From contig JBBSDI010000001.1 in assembly GCA_038249585.1 (NCBI GenBank), positions 1 through 41,950 on the forward strand: 41,950 nt of DNA. Direction: 5' to 3'. The DNA comes from Lysobacterales bacterium. GTDB lineage: Bacteria; Pseudomonadota; Gammaproteobacteria; Xanthomonadales; Ahniellaceae. Of the stretch, positions 9,562-20,260 are shown one piece after another. The stretch's first letter is position 1. Each line of letters opens with the position of its first letter. Under the pieces are notes generated by a model. That model saw only the letters and a program-made list of their open reading frames with translations, was not told where the DNA came from and ran no database searches. The position numbers and the translations under genes are program-made.

Positions 9562-11111
9562 GCGGCCTCCCGCGCCGCGCGGCGTTCGGCCCAGTCGAGC
9601 AGCCGCACGGCGACCGCCGGCCGCGAGCGTGCGAAGCGCTGATGCAACGTCTTGAGGTAGTCGATGTCGCGCGCGGTCCAGCAGCCCAGCAGCAGAGTCG
9701 CAGGTGCATAGATGCCGACCACCACGACGCCGCCGGCGGCGGCAGCGACCAGCGGGTGCCCGGCCCAGTGCAGGGGTGCAGCGCAGGCGGCGGCCACGCC
9801 GCCGGCGAGGAACACCCGCGCCATCCGCCCCCACGGCAGGCGCGCGCCGCTGGCATGGATCGCTGCCCCCACGTAGGCGCAGGCGGTGACCGAGGTCGCG
9901 ATCGTATAGGCGACCACCGCGCCATCGAGGCCGTGGCTGCGGATCAGGAGCACGTCCAGCGCCAGCTTGAGCACACCGCAGCCCAGCGACACCCACAGCA
10001 CGGTGTGTTGACGATCGGCGCTCATCAGCAGGCTCGACGCGCCCTGCGACATCACCGCCATCGCCTTGCCGATCAGGATCACCGCGAAGGCGCCGCCGGC
10101 CGCGAGGTAGGCCTGGCCATACAGCACGGCCATGATCGGCTGCGCGAACAGCACACCGAAGGCCAGCAGTGGCGCGGCCAGCATCGCGAGGTAAACAGTC
10201 GCACTGGCGAAGCGCTGCTTGGCGATGTCCGCGCCCTCGCCCAGCGCCTTGGCCATCATCGGCAGCAGCAGGATGCCGAACACGCCCGGCACTAGCAGGG
10301 TGGCGCCGTCGGCGATCTGGTAGGCGACCTTGAAGATGCCGGCCGCCTCGGGCGCACCGAACAGGTTGAGGAACATGACCTCCACCTCGCTGGCGGTGAG
10401 GTAGGTCACGGTCACGATCGCCGCGGTGATCCGCATGTGGCGCAGCACCCGCGCGCGCAGCACAGGCGGCAGCACCGTGCCGGCCGGCGACGGCGGCACG
10501 AGGCCGGCGACCTGTCGCGACGAAACCAAATAGAAAACCGCGCTGCTGATGGCGAACACCGCCAGGAAACCCTCCACCGGCGCGTGCAGGAAAAAGGCCG
10601 CCGCCACCAGCGCGAGGTTGATCGGGGTGGCCACCGCAGCGATCACCGCGTTGGCGCGGAAGTGCTCGAAGCCCTTGGCCACGCCGACGTTGAGCATGTA
10701 GGTCGCGCGCAGCGCGGTGGAAATCGCCATGATGGCGAACAGCAGGCCGTGGTTGAAGCCCGCCATCAGGCGATCGCCGGCACTGAAGAACACCGCCGCG
10801 CCAATCACCAGCACTACCGCGAGGAAGATCCGTTGCGCACGGCGCAGGTACGCCAACAGCGGCGCGATCAGCTCCGGCGTGCCCGCGCCGCGCAGCTCGG
10901 CGATGAACTTGATCACCCCGCCGGCGGTGCCGGAGTTGGCGGCAGTCATGCTCACGGCGATGAACCAGATCACCAGGCCGTAGGTGCCGAAATCGCCCGG
11001 CCCCAAGTCGCGCGCGATCAGGATCGAAGTCAGCATGCCGAGGAAATACTCGATGTAGACCGCCACCGTGGCGAAGCCGGTGTTGCGCAGGGTGGCGCTA
11101 CGGGTGCTCAT
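9558..11111 (-). CDS. Wzx-type oligosaccharide/polysaccharide flippase (MOP superfamily)
   Basis: Polytopic membrane protein of about 517 aa. The N-terminus LRNTGFATVAVYIEYFLGMLTSILIARDLGPGDFGTYGLV is typical of polysaccharide biosynthesis/flippase proteins. ATGA overlap with the upstream gene at 11108-11111. Confidence 0.85.
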   Translation of the reverse strand: MSTRSATLRNTGFATVAVYIEYFLGMLTSILIARDLGPGDFGTYGLVIWFIAVSMTAANSGTAGGVIKFIAELRGAGTPELIAPLLAYLRRAQRIFLAVVLVIGAAVFFSAGDRLMAGFNHGLLFAIMAISTALRATYMLNVGVAKGFEHFRANAVIAAVATPINLALVAAAFFLHAPVEGFLAVFAISSAVFYLVSSRQVAGLVPPSPAGTVLPPVLRARVLRHMRITAAIVTVTYLTASEVEVMFLNLFGAPEAAGIFKVAYQIADGATLLVPGVFGILLLPMMAKALGEGADIAKQRFASATVYLAMLAAPLLAFGVLFAQPIMAVLYGQAYLAAGGAFAVILIGKAMAVMSQGASSLLMSADRQHTVLWVSLGCGVLKLALDVLLIRSHGLDGAVVAYTIATSVTACAYVGAAIHASGARLPWGRMARVFLAGGVAAACAAPLHWAGHPLVAAAAGGVVVVGIYAPATLLLGCWTARDIDYLKTLHQRFARSRPAVAVRLLDWAERRAAREAA

Positions 11112-12370
11112 ACGAGGGCGAGCAGGACCTTGACCACAATATAGAGGCCGACCACGCCGATGCAGCCCACCACCGGCCACAAGACCAGATCGCGCGAGAG
11201 CGGGAAGGCGGGCAGGTCCGGCGCGCGGCGGCGCGCCTCCATGTACGTGCCGACCATCAGCGCGGCCAGCAGATAGATCACCACCACGTAGGTGCGGCTG
11301 AGGAAGAACGCGCAGACCATGCAGCCGGCAAACGACAGAAGCAGAGTCAGCGCCACCCGGCGGTCGTCGGCAACCAGACCCGTCGCGCCGTCGGCGGCCA
11401 GCGGATGGCGCAGCATCGCCAGCAGCATGAGCACGCAGTAGGTGAGGAACGCGACCCAGATCGTGAAGCCGACGATCCCGTTTTCGGCCAGCACCAGCAC
11501 GAAGGAGTTGTGCGCGGTCAACCGGTAAAGATCGCTGAACTGATTGGTGCCGACGCCGAACACCGGGCTGGACAGGAACATTTGCAGGCCTTCGTACCAG
11601 GCCTCGACGCGGCCATGGGCGGAGGCCTCGCTGACATCGAGCTCCTGCAGACGCGAGGGCAGCACCAGCATCGCCACGAAGCCCACGGCACCGAAGAGCC
11701 CGGCCACGAAGGCGCCGTAGCGCCGCCAGGCGAACAGCCCCGCCACTGCCGCAGTGGCGAGCAGGGTGCCGCGCGAGTCGGTGAGGAAGATCGCGTACAG
11801 CAGCACCCCGGCTGCGGCCAGCCAGAACAGCCTGCGCAGACCCATCAGGCCACCGCGGCTGCCGAGGTAGAACACCATCGGCAGCACGATCACGAACAGC
11901 ATGCCGAGGTCGTTGGGGTCGTTGAAGATGCCGAGATACTGGATGCGGCCGTCCTGGATCAGCGGCACGCCGGTCCAGCCGATGCCACTGGCCTTCTGGT
12001 CGATGCCGTGGACCGCCGGCACCAAGGTCAGCAGCGCCAGGGCCACCATCAGCGAGCGCACGCGCTCGCGGCGGGTGATCGCGTTGGCGACCACCACGAA
12101 CAAGGCCACCGCCGGGCCGAAGCGCTCAAGCACTTCCAGCGAGCCGCCTACCCATCCGGTCAGCGCGATCGACAGCATCGCCACACCGAGGAAGCAGAAC
12201 AGCAGTGGAAACTGCGGCGCGGCGAAGTTGCGGGTGCCGTTGAACAACCAGGCCACAAGCGCGCCACCAAGCGCGATCTGCAGCCATGGGATGCCCGAGT
12301 CCACATATGCCGGATATTCGTGCGGACGCACGATCACCAGCGCCAGGTAGAGCAGGATGAACAGGAACAT
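11108..12370 (-). CDS. Wzy / O-antigen-ligase family membrane protein (EPS polymerase, or exosortase-A-type O-glycosylation-ligase-like)
   Basis: Polytopic, with the Wzy_C-type loop FLTDSRGTLLATAAV and the blocks GIFNDPNDLGM and HNSFVLVLAENGIVG. Start ATG 12370 (MFLFILLYLALVIVRPHEY). Confidence 0.85.
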   Translation of the reverse strand: MFLFILLYLALVIVRPHEYPAYVDSGIPWLQIALGGALVAWLFNGTRNFAAPQFPLLFCFLGVAMLSIALTGWVGGSLEVLERFGPAVALFVVVANAITRRERVRSLMVALALLTLVPAVHGIDQKASGIGWTGVPLIQDGRIQYLGIFNDPNDLGMLFVIVLPMVFYLGSRGGLMGLRRLFWLAAAGVLLYAIFLTDSRGTLLATAAVAGLFAWRRYGAFVAGLFGAVGFVAMLVLPSRLQELDVSEASAHGRVEAWYEGLQMFLSSPVFGVGTNQFSDLYRLTAHNSFVLVLAENGIVGFTIWVAFLTYCVLMLLAMLRHPLAADGATGLVADDRRVALTLLLSFAGCMVCAFFLSRTYVVVIYLLAALMVGTYMEARRRAPDLPAFPLSRDLVLWPVVGCIGVVGLYIVVKVLLALV

Positions 12371-12614
12371 GCGGCTGGCTGCGGACTTCGGGTTGCGCGG
12401 TGGCCAGGCGGTGATCGATGCAGGCGCCCTGACCCGAGCGCGAACGGTATCACTTCGTGACGGCAGCCTGTGGGGCGGTTCGCGGGCGTGCCACGCACGG
12501 GTCGGACGGTCATAATGGCGGGCGCGCCCGAAAGCGGCTGTCCACACTGCAAATGCGCGACCGCGAACGACAGGGATCACTGATGCAACAGGCGACTTCT
12601 TCGAGTGGCGCCGG

Positions 12615-13309
12615 ATGCCCCGCGCTCGACGCGGCGCGCGCGGGCCAACCGCAGTGACGGTCGGCCTGCGCCCGCGGCCGCGCAGTCTGCTGCTGCTGCG
12701 CTGTTTGCCGCAGCGCTTGATCGCGTCGACGGCCAGTGCGGCTGGTGGCTCGATCTATCTGACCTTCGACGACGGTCCGCACCCGCAGCACACCGCGCCG
12801 TTGCTCGACGTGCTCGGCCGGCACGGCGCCAAGGCAACGTTTTTCCTGATCGGCGAGTCGGCGCGTCGGCGCCCGGATCTGGTGCGCCGGATCGCCGCCG
12901 AGGGGCATGCAATCGGCAACCATTCGCACACGCATCCGGAGTTCCGCAAGCTTGGCCTCGCCGCGCAGCTGGCCGAGTTCGATATGGCAGAGCGCGCCCT
13001 GCGTGAGATTGTCGGCGAGGTCCCGATTCCCTTGCGCACGCCACGTGGTGCGCTGCCGCCGCGGCTGGTAGCCACCGTTGCCGCTCAGGGCCGCCCGATC
13101 GTGTTCTGGTCGTACAATTCGCTCGACTACCGTCGGGGCGACCCCGCCGACGTGCTGAGCATGATGCGCGCCAAGCCCCCGCGCGCGGGGGACATCGTGC
13201 TCATGCACGATGACGGTCCCGCCGCCGGCATCGTTCTCGACGCACTGCTGCCCGAGTGGCACGCCGTCGGATTGGTCGCGCGCGCGCTGCCGCCGACATT
13301 GGGGCGTGC

Positions 13310-13313
<4 letters not shown>
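12615..13313 (+). CDS. polysaccharide deacetylase (CE4 NodB-homology domain)
   Basis: IYLTFDDGPHPQHTAPLLDVLGRHGAKATFFLIG and GHAIGNHSHTHP are canonical CE4 motifs 1 and 2. The Arg-rich N-terminal leader is followed by a hydrophobic stretch. The exact start is uncertain. Confidence 0.85.
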
Positions 13314-14484
<1,171 letters not shown>

Positions 14485-14488
<4 letters not shown>

Positions 14489-15255
14489 GCGCCGCCCAGG
14501 GCGCCAAGGACGGATTGGTCAGCGTGGTCATGCCCGTGTACAACGCGGGCGTCTGGCTCGCAGATTCGATCGGCAGCCTGCTCGCGCAGCAGTTCGGCGA
14601 CTGGGAGCTGCTGGCGGTCGACGACTGCTCGACCGACGATTCGCTCGCGCGGCTGCGCCAGTGGGCCGCACAGGACAGCCGCATCCGCCCGCTTGCGTTG
14701 CCCTGCAACGGCGGTGTGGCGGCAGCGCGCAATGCCGGCATCGATGCCGCGCGCGGGCGCTGGATCGCGTTCCTCGATGCCGACGACCGCTGGGCGCCGG
14801 CCAAGCTCGAACTGCAGGTGGCCGACATGCGTGCGCGCGATCTGGAGATCAGCTACACCGCCTACCAGCGCGTGCGCGAGGACGGCAGCGCGCTCTCGCA
14901 CGTCGACCCACCCGCCGAGGTCGACTATGCGCGCATGCTGCGCAGCAACCACATCGGCAATCTGACCGGCATGTACGACCGCCGCCTCGGCGTGGCGCAC
15001 TTCCGCAAGGTCGGTCATGAGGACTATGTGTTCTGGCTCGAAATGGTACGCCGCGCCGGGCGCGCCGCACGGGTGCCGCACGCACAGCCATTGGCGTACT
15101 ACACCGTGCGCGGTGGATCGGTGTCGTCGAACAAACTGCGCGCGGCTGGCTGGCAATGGCGCATCTACCGCGAGATCGAAGGCCTCGGTCTGGTGCGCTC
15201 CAGCGGGCTGATGCTGCACTACCTAACGCACGCCCTGCGCAAGCGCCGCAGTTGA
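14485..15255 (+). CDS. GT2-family glycosyltransferase
   Basis: VSVVMPVYNAGVWLADSIGSLLAQQFGDWELLAVDDCSTDDS and IAFLDADD (DXD). GTG start overlaps the preceding stop. Confidence 0.9.
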
Positions 15256-15260
15256 GTGCG

Positions 15261-16340
15261 ATGGGCGCAGCAACTACTTCCGCCGGCAAGATCCCCTCGC
15301 TCGATGGCCTGCGCGGCATCGCGATCATGCTGGTCCTGATCGGGCATCTGCATGCAACGCCGAATTTTCCCGAGCTGGGCCTGGAACATCTGCTGGGCGA
15401 CTACGGCCTGCTCGGCGTGCGGGTGTTTTTCGTCATCTCGGGCTATCTGATCACCACCCTGCTGCTGCGCGAACTCGCGCAGCACGGCAACATCTCGCTG
15501 CGTGCCTTCTATGCGCGCCGTGCTCTGCGCATCCTGCCCGCGTCGCTGGCTTTCCTGCTCGCACTGGTCGCCGCCGATCTGCTCGGCTGGATCGATCTCG
15601 CCGCAGTCGACTTTTTGGCCGCATTCACCTGGACGGTGAACTACCTGCCGGTTCCCGCGTGGGAAATCGGCCACCTGTGGTCGCTGTCGGTGGAAGAGCA
15701 GTTCTATCTGGTCTGGCCGCTGGCCATCGCACGCCTGGGCGTGCGTCGCGCCACACTGCTGGCGCTCGGATTCTTCCTCATCGCGCCACTGTTGCGGGTG
15801 GCGATGCGGGTGTTCATCGACGACACCGCGGTCGAGGACCTGCCGGTGTTCCCGGCGGTCGCCGACGGACTCGCAATCGGCTGCCTGTTCGCGATCTGGC
15901 GCGATCGATTGCGCGAGATGGCGTGGTATCGCGCCGCCGCCGAGCCTGTGTGGCTGCTCATCCAGGTGCCGACGATCTTCGTGATCCATCACCTGAGCCA
16001 ATCTTGGGCGGTGTTCGATCTGTTCGGCTATCCGCTGCTGCTGGTGCTGATCGCGATGATCGTCGAGGCCAGTACGCGCTGGGATCCGCAGCGGCTTGCG
16101 GTGCGCATACTTAACTTCAAGCCACTGGTGTGGGTCGGATTGCTGAGCTATTCGCTGTACCTGTGGCAGCAGCCGTTCCTGCACCACCGGCTGCACGCCA
16201 CGCACACCACGTTTCCGCTCAACCTGCTGCTGACGCTGGCCTTCGCGATGCTCTCGTACTACCTGCTGGAACGGCCGCTGCTGCGCCTGCGCAGCCGCTT
16301 TGCGCGGGTCGCCCCCAGCGCCGAACAGGCGGGTCGCTGA
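15261..16340 (+). CDS. acyltransferase family 3 membrane protein (probable O-acetyltransferase)
   Basis: IPSLDGLRGIAIMLVLIGHL and VRVFFVISGYLIT are signature acyltransferase-3 motifs. Polytopic. ATG 15261 lies 6 nt after the preceding stop. Confidence 0.85.
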   Translation: MGAATTSAGKIPSLDGLRGIAIMLVLIGHLHATPNFPELGLEHLLGDYGLLGVRVFFVISGYLITTLLLRELAQHGNISLRAFYARRALRILPASLAFLLALVAADLLGWIDLAAVDFLAAFTWTVNYLPVPAWEIGHLWSLSVEEQFYLVWPLAIARLGVRRATLLALGFFLIAPLLRVAMRVFIDDTAVEDLPVFPAVADGLAIGCLFAIWRDRLREMAWYRAAAEPVWLLIQVPTIFVIHHLSQSWAVFDLFGYPLLLVLIAMIVEASTRWDPQRLAVRILNFKPLVWVGLLSYSLYLWQQPFLHHRLHATHTTFPLNLLLTLAFAMLSYYLLERPLLRLRSRFARVAPSAEQAGR

Positions 16341-16390
16341 GCCATGGCAGCGATCGCATTCCACTGTGTCCACGACGCTGCGAGCTTCCG

Positions 16391-16996
16391 ATGACGATCA
16401 AGGGCAAGATCGAAAAAGCCGTCCGCCGCAGCTGGATGAAATACGCCATGCGCGGCGTCGGTGGCGCCGACAATCATGCGCGACTGGATCTGGCCTACAG
16501 TGTCGCCGATCCATGGCACATGGACTCGCCCACCGAACAGGCGCGTTTTGCCGGCACCAACCGCCTGATCGAGCGCGACATCGGCCGCGTCGGCTCGCTG
16601 CTGGAGATCGGCTGCGGCGAGGGCCACCAGACCGAACACCTGGCCAAACTGAGTGACCGGATCTACGGCATCGACGTCAGCGCCAAGGCGATCGAGCGCG
16701 CCACGGCGCGACTGCCGCACGCGCAGTTCGCCGCGACCGACATCTACGGCCAGCCGTGGGGCGATGCGCGCGGACGCTTCGCGCTGGTGACCGCCTGCGA
16801 GGTGCTGTACTACGTCAAGGACATCCCGGCCACCATCGAGCGCATGTCGCAGCTCGGCCAGGTCTGCCTCGTCACGATCTTCGCGCCGGCGCTGCAGCGG
16901 GTCGGCCCGCATCTGGAGCGGTTGCCCGGACTGCACAAGGATTGGATCGGCCACGGCAGCACCGTGTGGCTGACCTGCTGGTGGCGCAATGACTGA
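16391..16996 (+). CDS. small class I SAM-dependent methyltransferase (NodS-like)
   Basis: PWHMDSPTEQARF, then motif I LLEIGCGEGHQTEHL, then IYGIDVS and LVTACEVLYYV. About 201 aa. Confidence 0.8.
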   Translation: MTIKGKIEKAVRRSWMKYAMRGVGGADNHARLDLAYSVADPWHMDSPTEQARFAGTNRLIERDIGRVGSLLEIGCGEGHQTEHLAKLSDRIYGIDVSAKAIERATARLPHAQFAATDIYGQPWGDARGRFALVTACEVLYYVKDIPATIERMSQLGQVCLVTIFAPALQRVGPHLERLPGLHKDWIGHGSTVWLTCWWRND

Positions 16997-18170
16997 GGCA
17001 AACGACCCCTTGGCCGGTTTCGGCGTGGTGTATTTCGGCAACGCCTGGAATGCCGAGAACCGCACCAGCAGCCACCATGTCGCGCTGCGCTTGGCGCAAC
17101 GCATGCCGGTGCTGTACGTCGAATCGCCGGGATTGCGGCGGGTGCAGGCATCCGGCAGTGACTTCAAGCGCGCGCTGCGCAAGCTCGCACAAACCCTGCG
17201 TCGCCCGCGCGAAGTGGCGCCAGGCCTGTGGCACTGCACGGTGCCGCAGCTGCCGTTCCGACGCGTGCCGGGCATCGAGCGGCTGAATCGCTGGTTCGGC
17301 CGCTTTGCCGTGCGTCGTGCACTGCGCGTGCTGCCGGCCAGGCGCCTGCTGTCATGGTTCGTGGTGCCGCATCCGGGCTTCATGGCCGGCACGCTCGGCG
17401 AAGCGCTGTGCGTGTACTACTGCATCGACGACTACGCCGCGCATCCGGGCGTCGATAGCGCATTGATCGGCGAGCGCGACGCGCAGCTCAGCCAGCGCGC
17501 CGACCTGCTGTTCGTGGCACCACCGGCCCTGCTGGATGCCAAGCGCGCGCTCAATCCGCGCACTGTCGCGGCACCCCACGGGGTGGATGTGGCGCTGTTC
17601 GCGCTGGCAGCCGATTCTGCCACGCCGATCGCCTCGGGTGCCGCCGACCTGCCGCATCCGGTCATCGGCTACATCGGCTCGCTGCACGAGTGGATCGATC
17701 TGGAGCTGCTGGAATATCTGGCCCGAGCGCGGCCGCAGTGGAGCTTCCTGCTGGTGGGCCATGCCGCAGTGCCGGTCGATGCACTGCGCGCGCTGCCCAA
17801 CGTGCGTCTGGTCGGCGCGCAGCCGTATGCGCAGCTGCCGCAGTGGGCGCGGGCCTTCGATGCCGCCATCATTCCCTACCGCCTCAATCGCCAGGTTGCC
17901 AACGCCAATCCGCTGAAGCTGCGCGAATACCTCGCCGCCGGCAAGCCGGTAGTCAGCGTACACAATGCCGAGATCGAGAAGTTCGCGCGCTGGGTGCGTA
18001 TCGTCGATGGCCATCCGGCGTTCCTCGCCGCACTCGATGCGGCACTCGCCGAGGACAGCCCGCAGGCCGCGCGCGAACGCATGGCCACGGTCGCAGACCA
18101 GACCTGGGATCGCCGCGTGACCGAGGTGCTCGGTCACGTGCAGGCAGCCCTTACCCATCAGCATTCCTGA
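16989..18170 (+). CDS. GT-B fold glycosyltransferase (GT1/GT4-like)
   Basis: 8-nt overlap with the methyltransferase gene. IGYIGSLHEWIDLELLEYLARARPQWSFLLVG and NPLKLREYLAAGKPVVS are typical of the C-terminal GT-B half. Confidence 0.8.
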   Translation: MTEANDPLAGFGVVYFGNAWNAENRTSSHHVALRLAQRMPVLYVESPGLRRVQASGSDFKRALRKLAQTLRRPREVAPGLWHCTVPQLPFRRVPGIERLNRWFGRFAVRRALRVLPARRLLSWFVVPHPGFMAGTLGEALCVYYCIDDYAAHPGVDSALIGERDAQLSQRADLLFVAPPALLDAKRALNPRTVAAPHGVDVALFALAADSATPIASGAADLPHPVIGYIGSLHEWIDLELLEYLARARPQWSFLLVGHAAVPVDALRALPNVRLVGAQPYAQLPQWARAFDAAIIPYRLNRQVANANPLKLREYLAAGKPVVSVHNAEIEKFARWVRIVDGHPAFLAALDAALAEDSPQAARERMATVADQTWDRRVTEVLGHVQAALTHQHS

Positions 18171-18185
18171 AACGAGTCCACCAGC

Positions 18186-20249
18186 ATGAGTACCCGTAAC
18201 ACGCTGCGGATCGCCATCGTCGGCGCCGGCTACGTATCGCAACACCATATCGCCGCACTGCGCGCGCTGGACTTCGTCGAACTGGTCGCGGTGTGCGATC
18301 TGGACCTTGCCGCGGCGCGCGCACGCGCGCAAGCCAACGGTATCGGCCGCGCGGCGACCACCCTGGCCGAGATCGCCGATCTCAAGCCCGATGCGGTCTA
18401 CGTGCTGACCCCGCCGGCCAGTCACGCCACGCTGTCGCACCAGGCGCTCGACATGGGCTGCCATGTGTTTGTCGAAAAGCCGATGGCCGACACGCTGGAA
18501 GAATGCGATGCGCTGATCGCCAAGGCGCGCGAACGCGGCCTGCAGATCTCGGTCAACCATTCGGACCGCTTCGATCCGGTGGTGATGGAAGCCCTGCGCA
18601 TCGCCGGCTCCGGCCGCTGCGGCGATATCGTGTCGGTCGACGTGCTGCGCAGTTCCGAGTACCCGCCGTTCGCCGGCGGCCCGCTGACCGCACAGGTGCG
18701 CCAGGGTTCATATCCGTTCCGCGACCTCGGCGTGCATGCGATCTACACCCTGGAAGCGTTCCTCGGCCCGCTGGAGAACTTAGAGGTCGAGCACGCCGCC
18801 AGCGGACGCGATCCGAACCTGCGCTTCGACGAGTGGCGCGCGCAGGTGCGCTGCGCGCGCGGCAGCGGTCGCATGCTGCTGTCATGGAACGCGCGCCCGA
18901 TGGAGAACCGCCTCGTGGTGCGCTGCACGCGCGGTCGCATCGAGGCCGACCGCTTCGTGCAGGTGTGCCGGGTCACGCGCGTGCTGCCGGGTCCGAAGTT
19001 CATCGGCATCCTGATCGAGGCCTGGCGCAACGCGCTGCTGGATGTGTTCCGGGTCCCGTGGAGCGTGTTGCGCTTTGCCACCGGCATACTCAAGCCCTCG
19101 CCCGGCATCCACCGCGCAGCGGCCGATTTCGCGCGCGCGGTGCACGCCGGCCTGCAGGCACCGATCGATCCGGTCGAAGGTCGGCGCGCGATCGCGGCCT
19201 TGGTGCCGGCATGCGCGCAGGCCGATGTCGAGCGCACGCGCGAGCTCGAGGCGCGCTTCGCGCCGTTGGAAGACGTCGATGCGCTGGTCACCGGTGCGGG
19301 CGGTTTTCTCGGTCGCGCGCTGGTCGCAGCCCTCCGCGCGCGTGGCCTGCGGGTGCGCGTGCTGCTGCGCCGAGCGTCGACCAGCTACAGCGCGGACAGC
19401 GGCATCCAGACCGTGCTCGGCGATCTTGGTGAACCGGCCATCGTCGACCACGCGGTCGCCGGTGCGGCGGTGGTTTATCACCTGGGTGCGGCGATGAAGG
19501 GCTGGCCGCAGGAATTCGAGTCGGGCACGGTGTGGGGCACGCGCAACGTGATCGCCAGCTGTCGCAAGCACGCGACCCGCCGCCTGGTGTACGTCAGTTC
19601 GATGAGCGTCTACGACCACGCCGGTCGCGACCCTGCCGCACCGATGAACGAGAGCTCCGCATTCGAACCGCATCCGCAGTGGCGCGGCGCCTACACTCGC
19701 ACCAAACTGATCGCCGAGCAGATGGTCAGTGCGGCGATCCGCGAGCAGCAACTGCCGGCGGTGATCATCCGCCCCGGACAGATCTTCGGGCCCGGCGCCG
19801 AGCAGGTAGCCCCCAATGGCGTGATCGGACTCGCCGGCCGCTGGGTTGCGGTGGGCAGTGGCGAGGTCAGCCTGCCGCTGGTCTATCGCGACGACGTGGT
19901 CGACGCCCTGCTGCGCGCGGCCGAATCCGAGCAGGCCGTCGGCGGCACCTTCAATATCGTCGACCCCGAACCGTGCACGCAAAGCGAGTATCTGGCGCGC
20001 GCCAAGCGCCGGCTCGGCGACGGGCTGAAGCTGGTACGGGTGCCGCAGCAGGCATTCATGGTGCTCGCCTGGGGGGTGGAACAGCTGGGCCGCGTGCTCA
20101 AGCGCGACATGCCGCTGACCCGCTACCGCGTGCGCTCACTGCGCCCGCTGTCGAACTTCGAACAGCACGCGGCCCGCGAACGCCTGCAATGGCAGCCGCG
20201 GGTGGGACTGCGCAAGGGCCTGGAGATCACCTTCGGCGCGGAACACTGA
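18186..20249 (+). CDS. two-domain oxidoreductase: N-terminal Gfo/Idh/MocA dehydrogenase fused to a C-terminal NAD-dependent epimerase/dehydratase (extended SDR)
   Basis: LRIAIVGAGYVSQHHIAALRAL and HVFVEKPMA (the EKP motif of Gfo/Idh/MocA) lie in residues 1 to about 345. ALVTGAGGFLGRALVAAL (Rossmann GxxGxxG) starts at about residue 365 (nt about 19275). YTRTK (YxxxK) lies in the C-terminal half. Single uninterrupted ORF. Confidence 0.85.
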   Translation: MSTRNTLRIAIVGAGYVSQHHIAALRALDFVELVAVCDLDLAAARARAQANGIGRAATTLAEIADLKPDAVYVLTPPASHATLSHQALDMGCHVFVEKPMADTLEECDALIAKARERGLQISVNHSDRFDPVVMEALRIAGSGRCGDIVSVDVLRSSEYPPFAGGPLTAQVRQGSYPFRDLGVHAIYTLEAFLGPLENLEVEHAASGRDPNLRFDEWRAQVRCARGSGRMLLSWNARPMENRLVVRCTRGRIEADRFVQVCRVTRVLPGPKFIGILIEAWRNALLDVFRVPWSVLRFATGILKPSPGIHRAAADFARAVHAGLQAPIDPVEGRRAIAALVPACAQADVERTRELEARFAPLEDVDALVTGAGGFLGRALVAALRARGLRVRVLLRRASTSYSADSGIQTVLGDLGEPAIVDHAVAGAAVVYHLGAAMKGWPQEFESGTVWGTRNVIASCRKHATRRLVYVSSMSVYDHAGRDPAAPMNESSAFEPHPQWRGAYTRTKLIAEQMVSAAIREQQLPAVIIRPGQIFGPGAEQVAPNGVIGLAGRWVAVGSGEVSLPLVYRDDVVDALLRAAESEQAVGGTFNIVDPEPCTQSEYLARAKRRLGDGLKLVRVPQQAFMVLAWGVEQLGRVLKRDMPLTRYRVRSLRPLSNFEQHAARERLQWQPRVGLRKGLEITFGAEH

Positions 20250-20260
20250 CGCGCAGCCCG

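Noticed and set aside
12371-12614. Promoter elements in the divergent region between the Wzy-like and CE4 operons, for example CATAAT near 12511.
   Set aside because: I found only an isolated -10-like hexamer, with no convincing -35 partner at the proper spacing. This cannot be supported without transcription start-site data.
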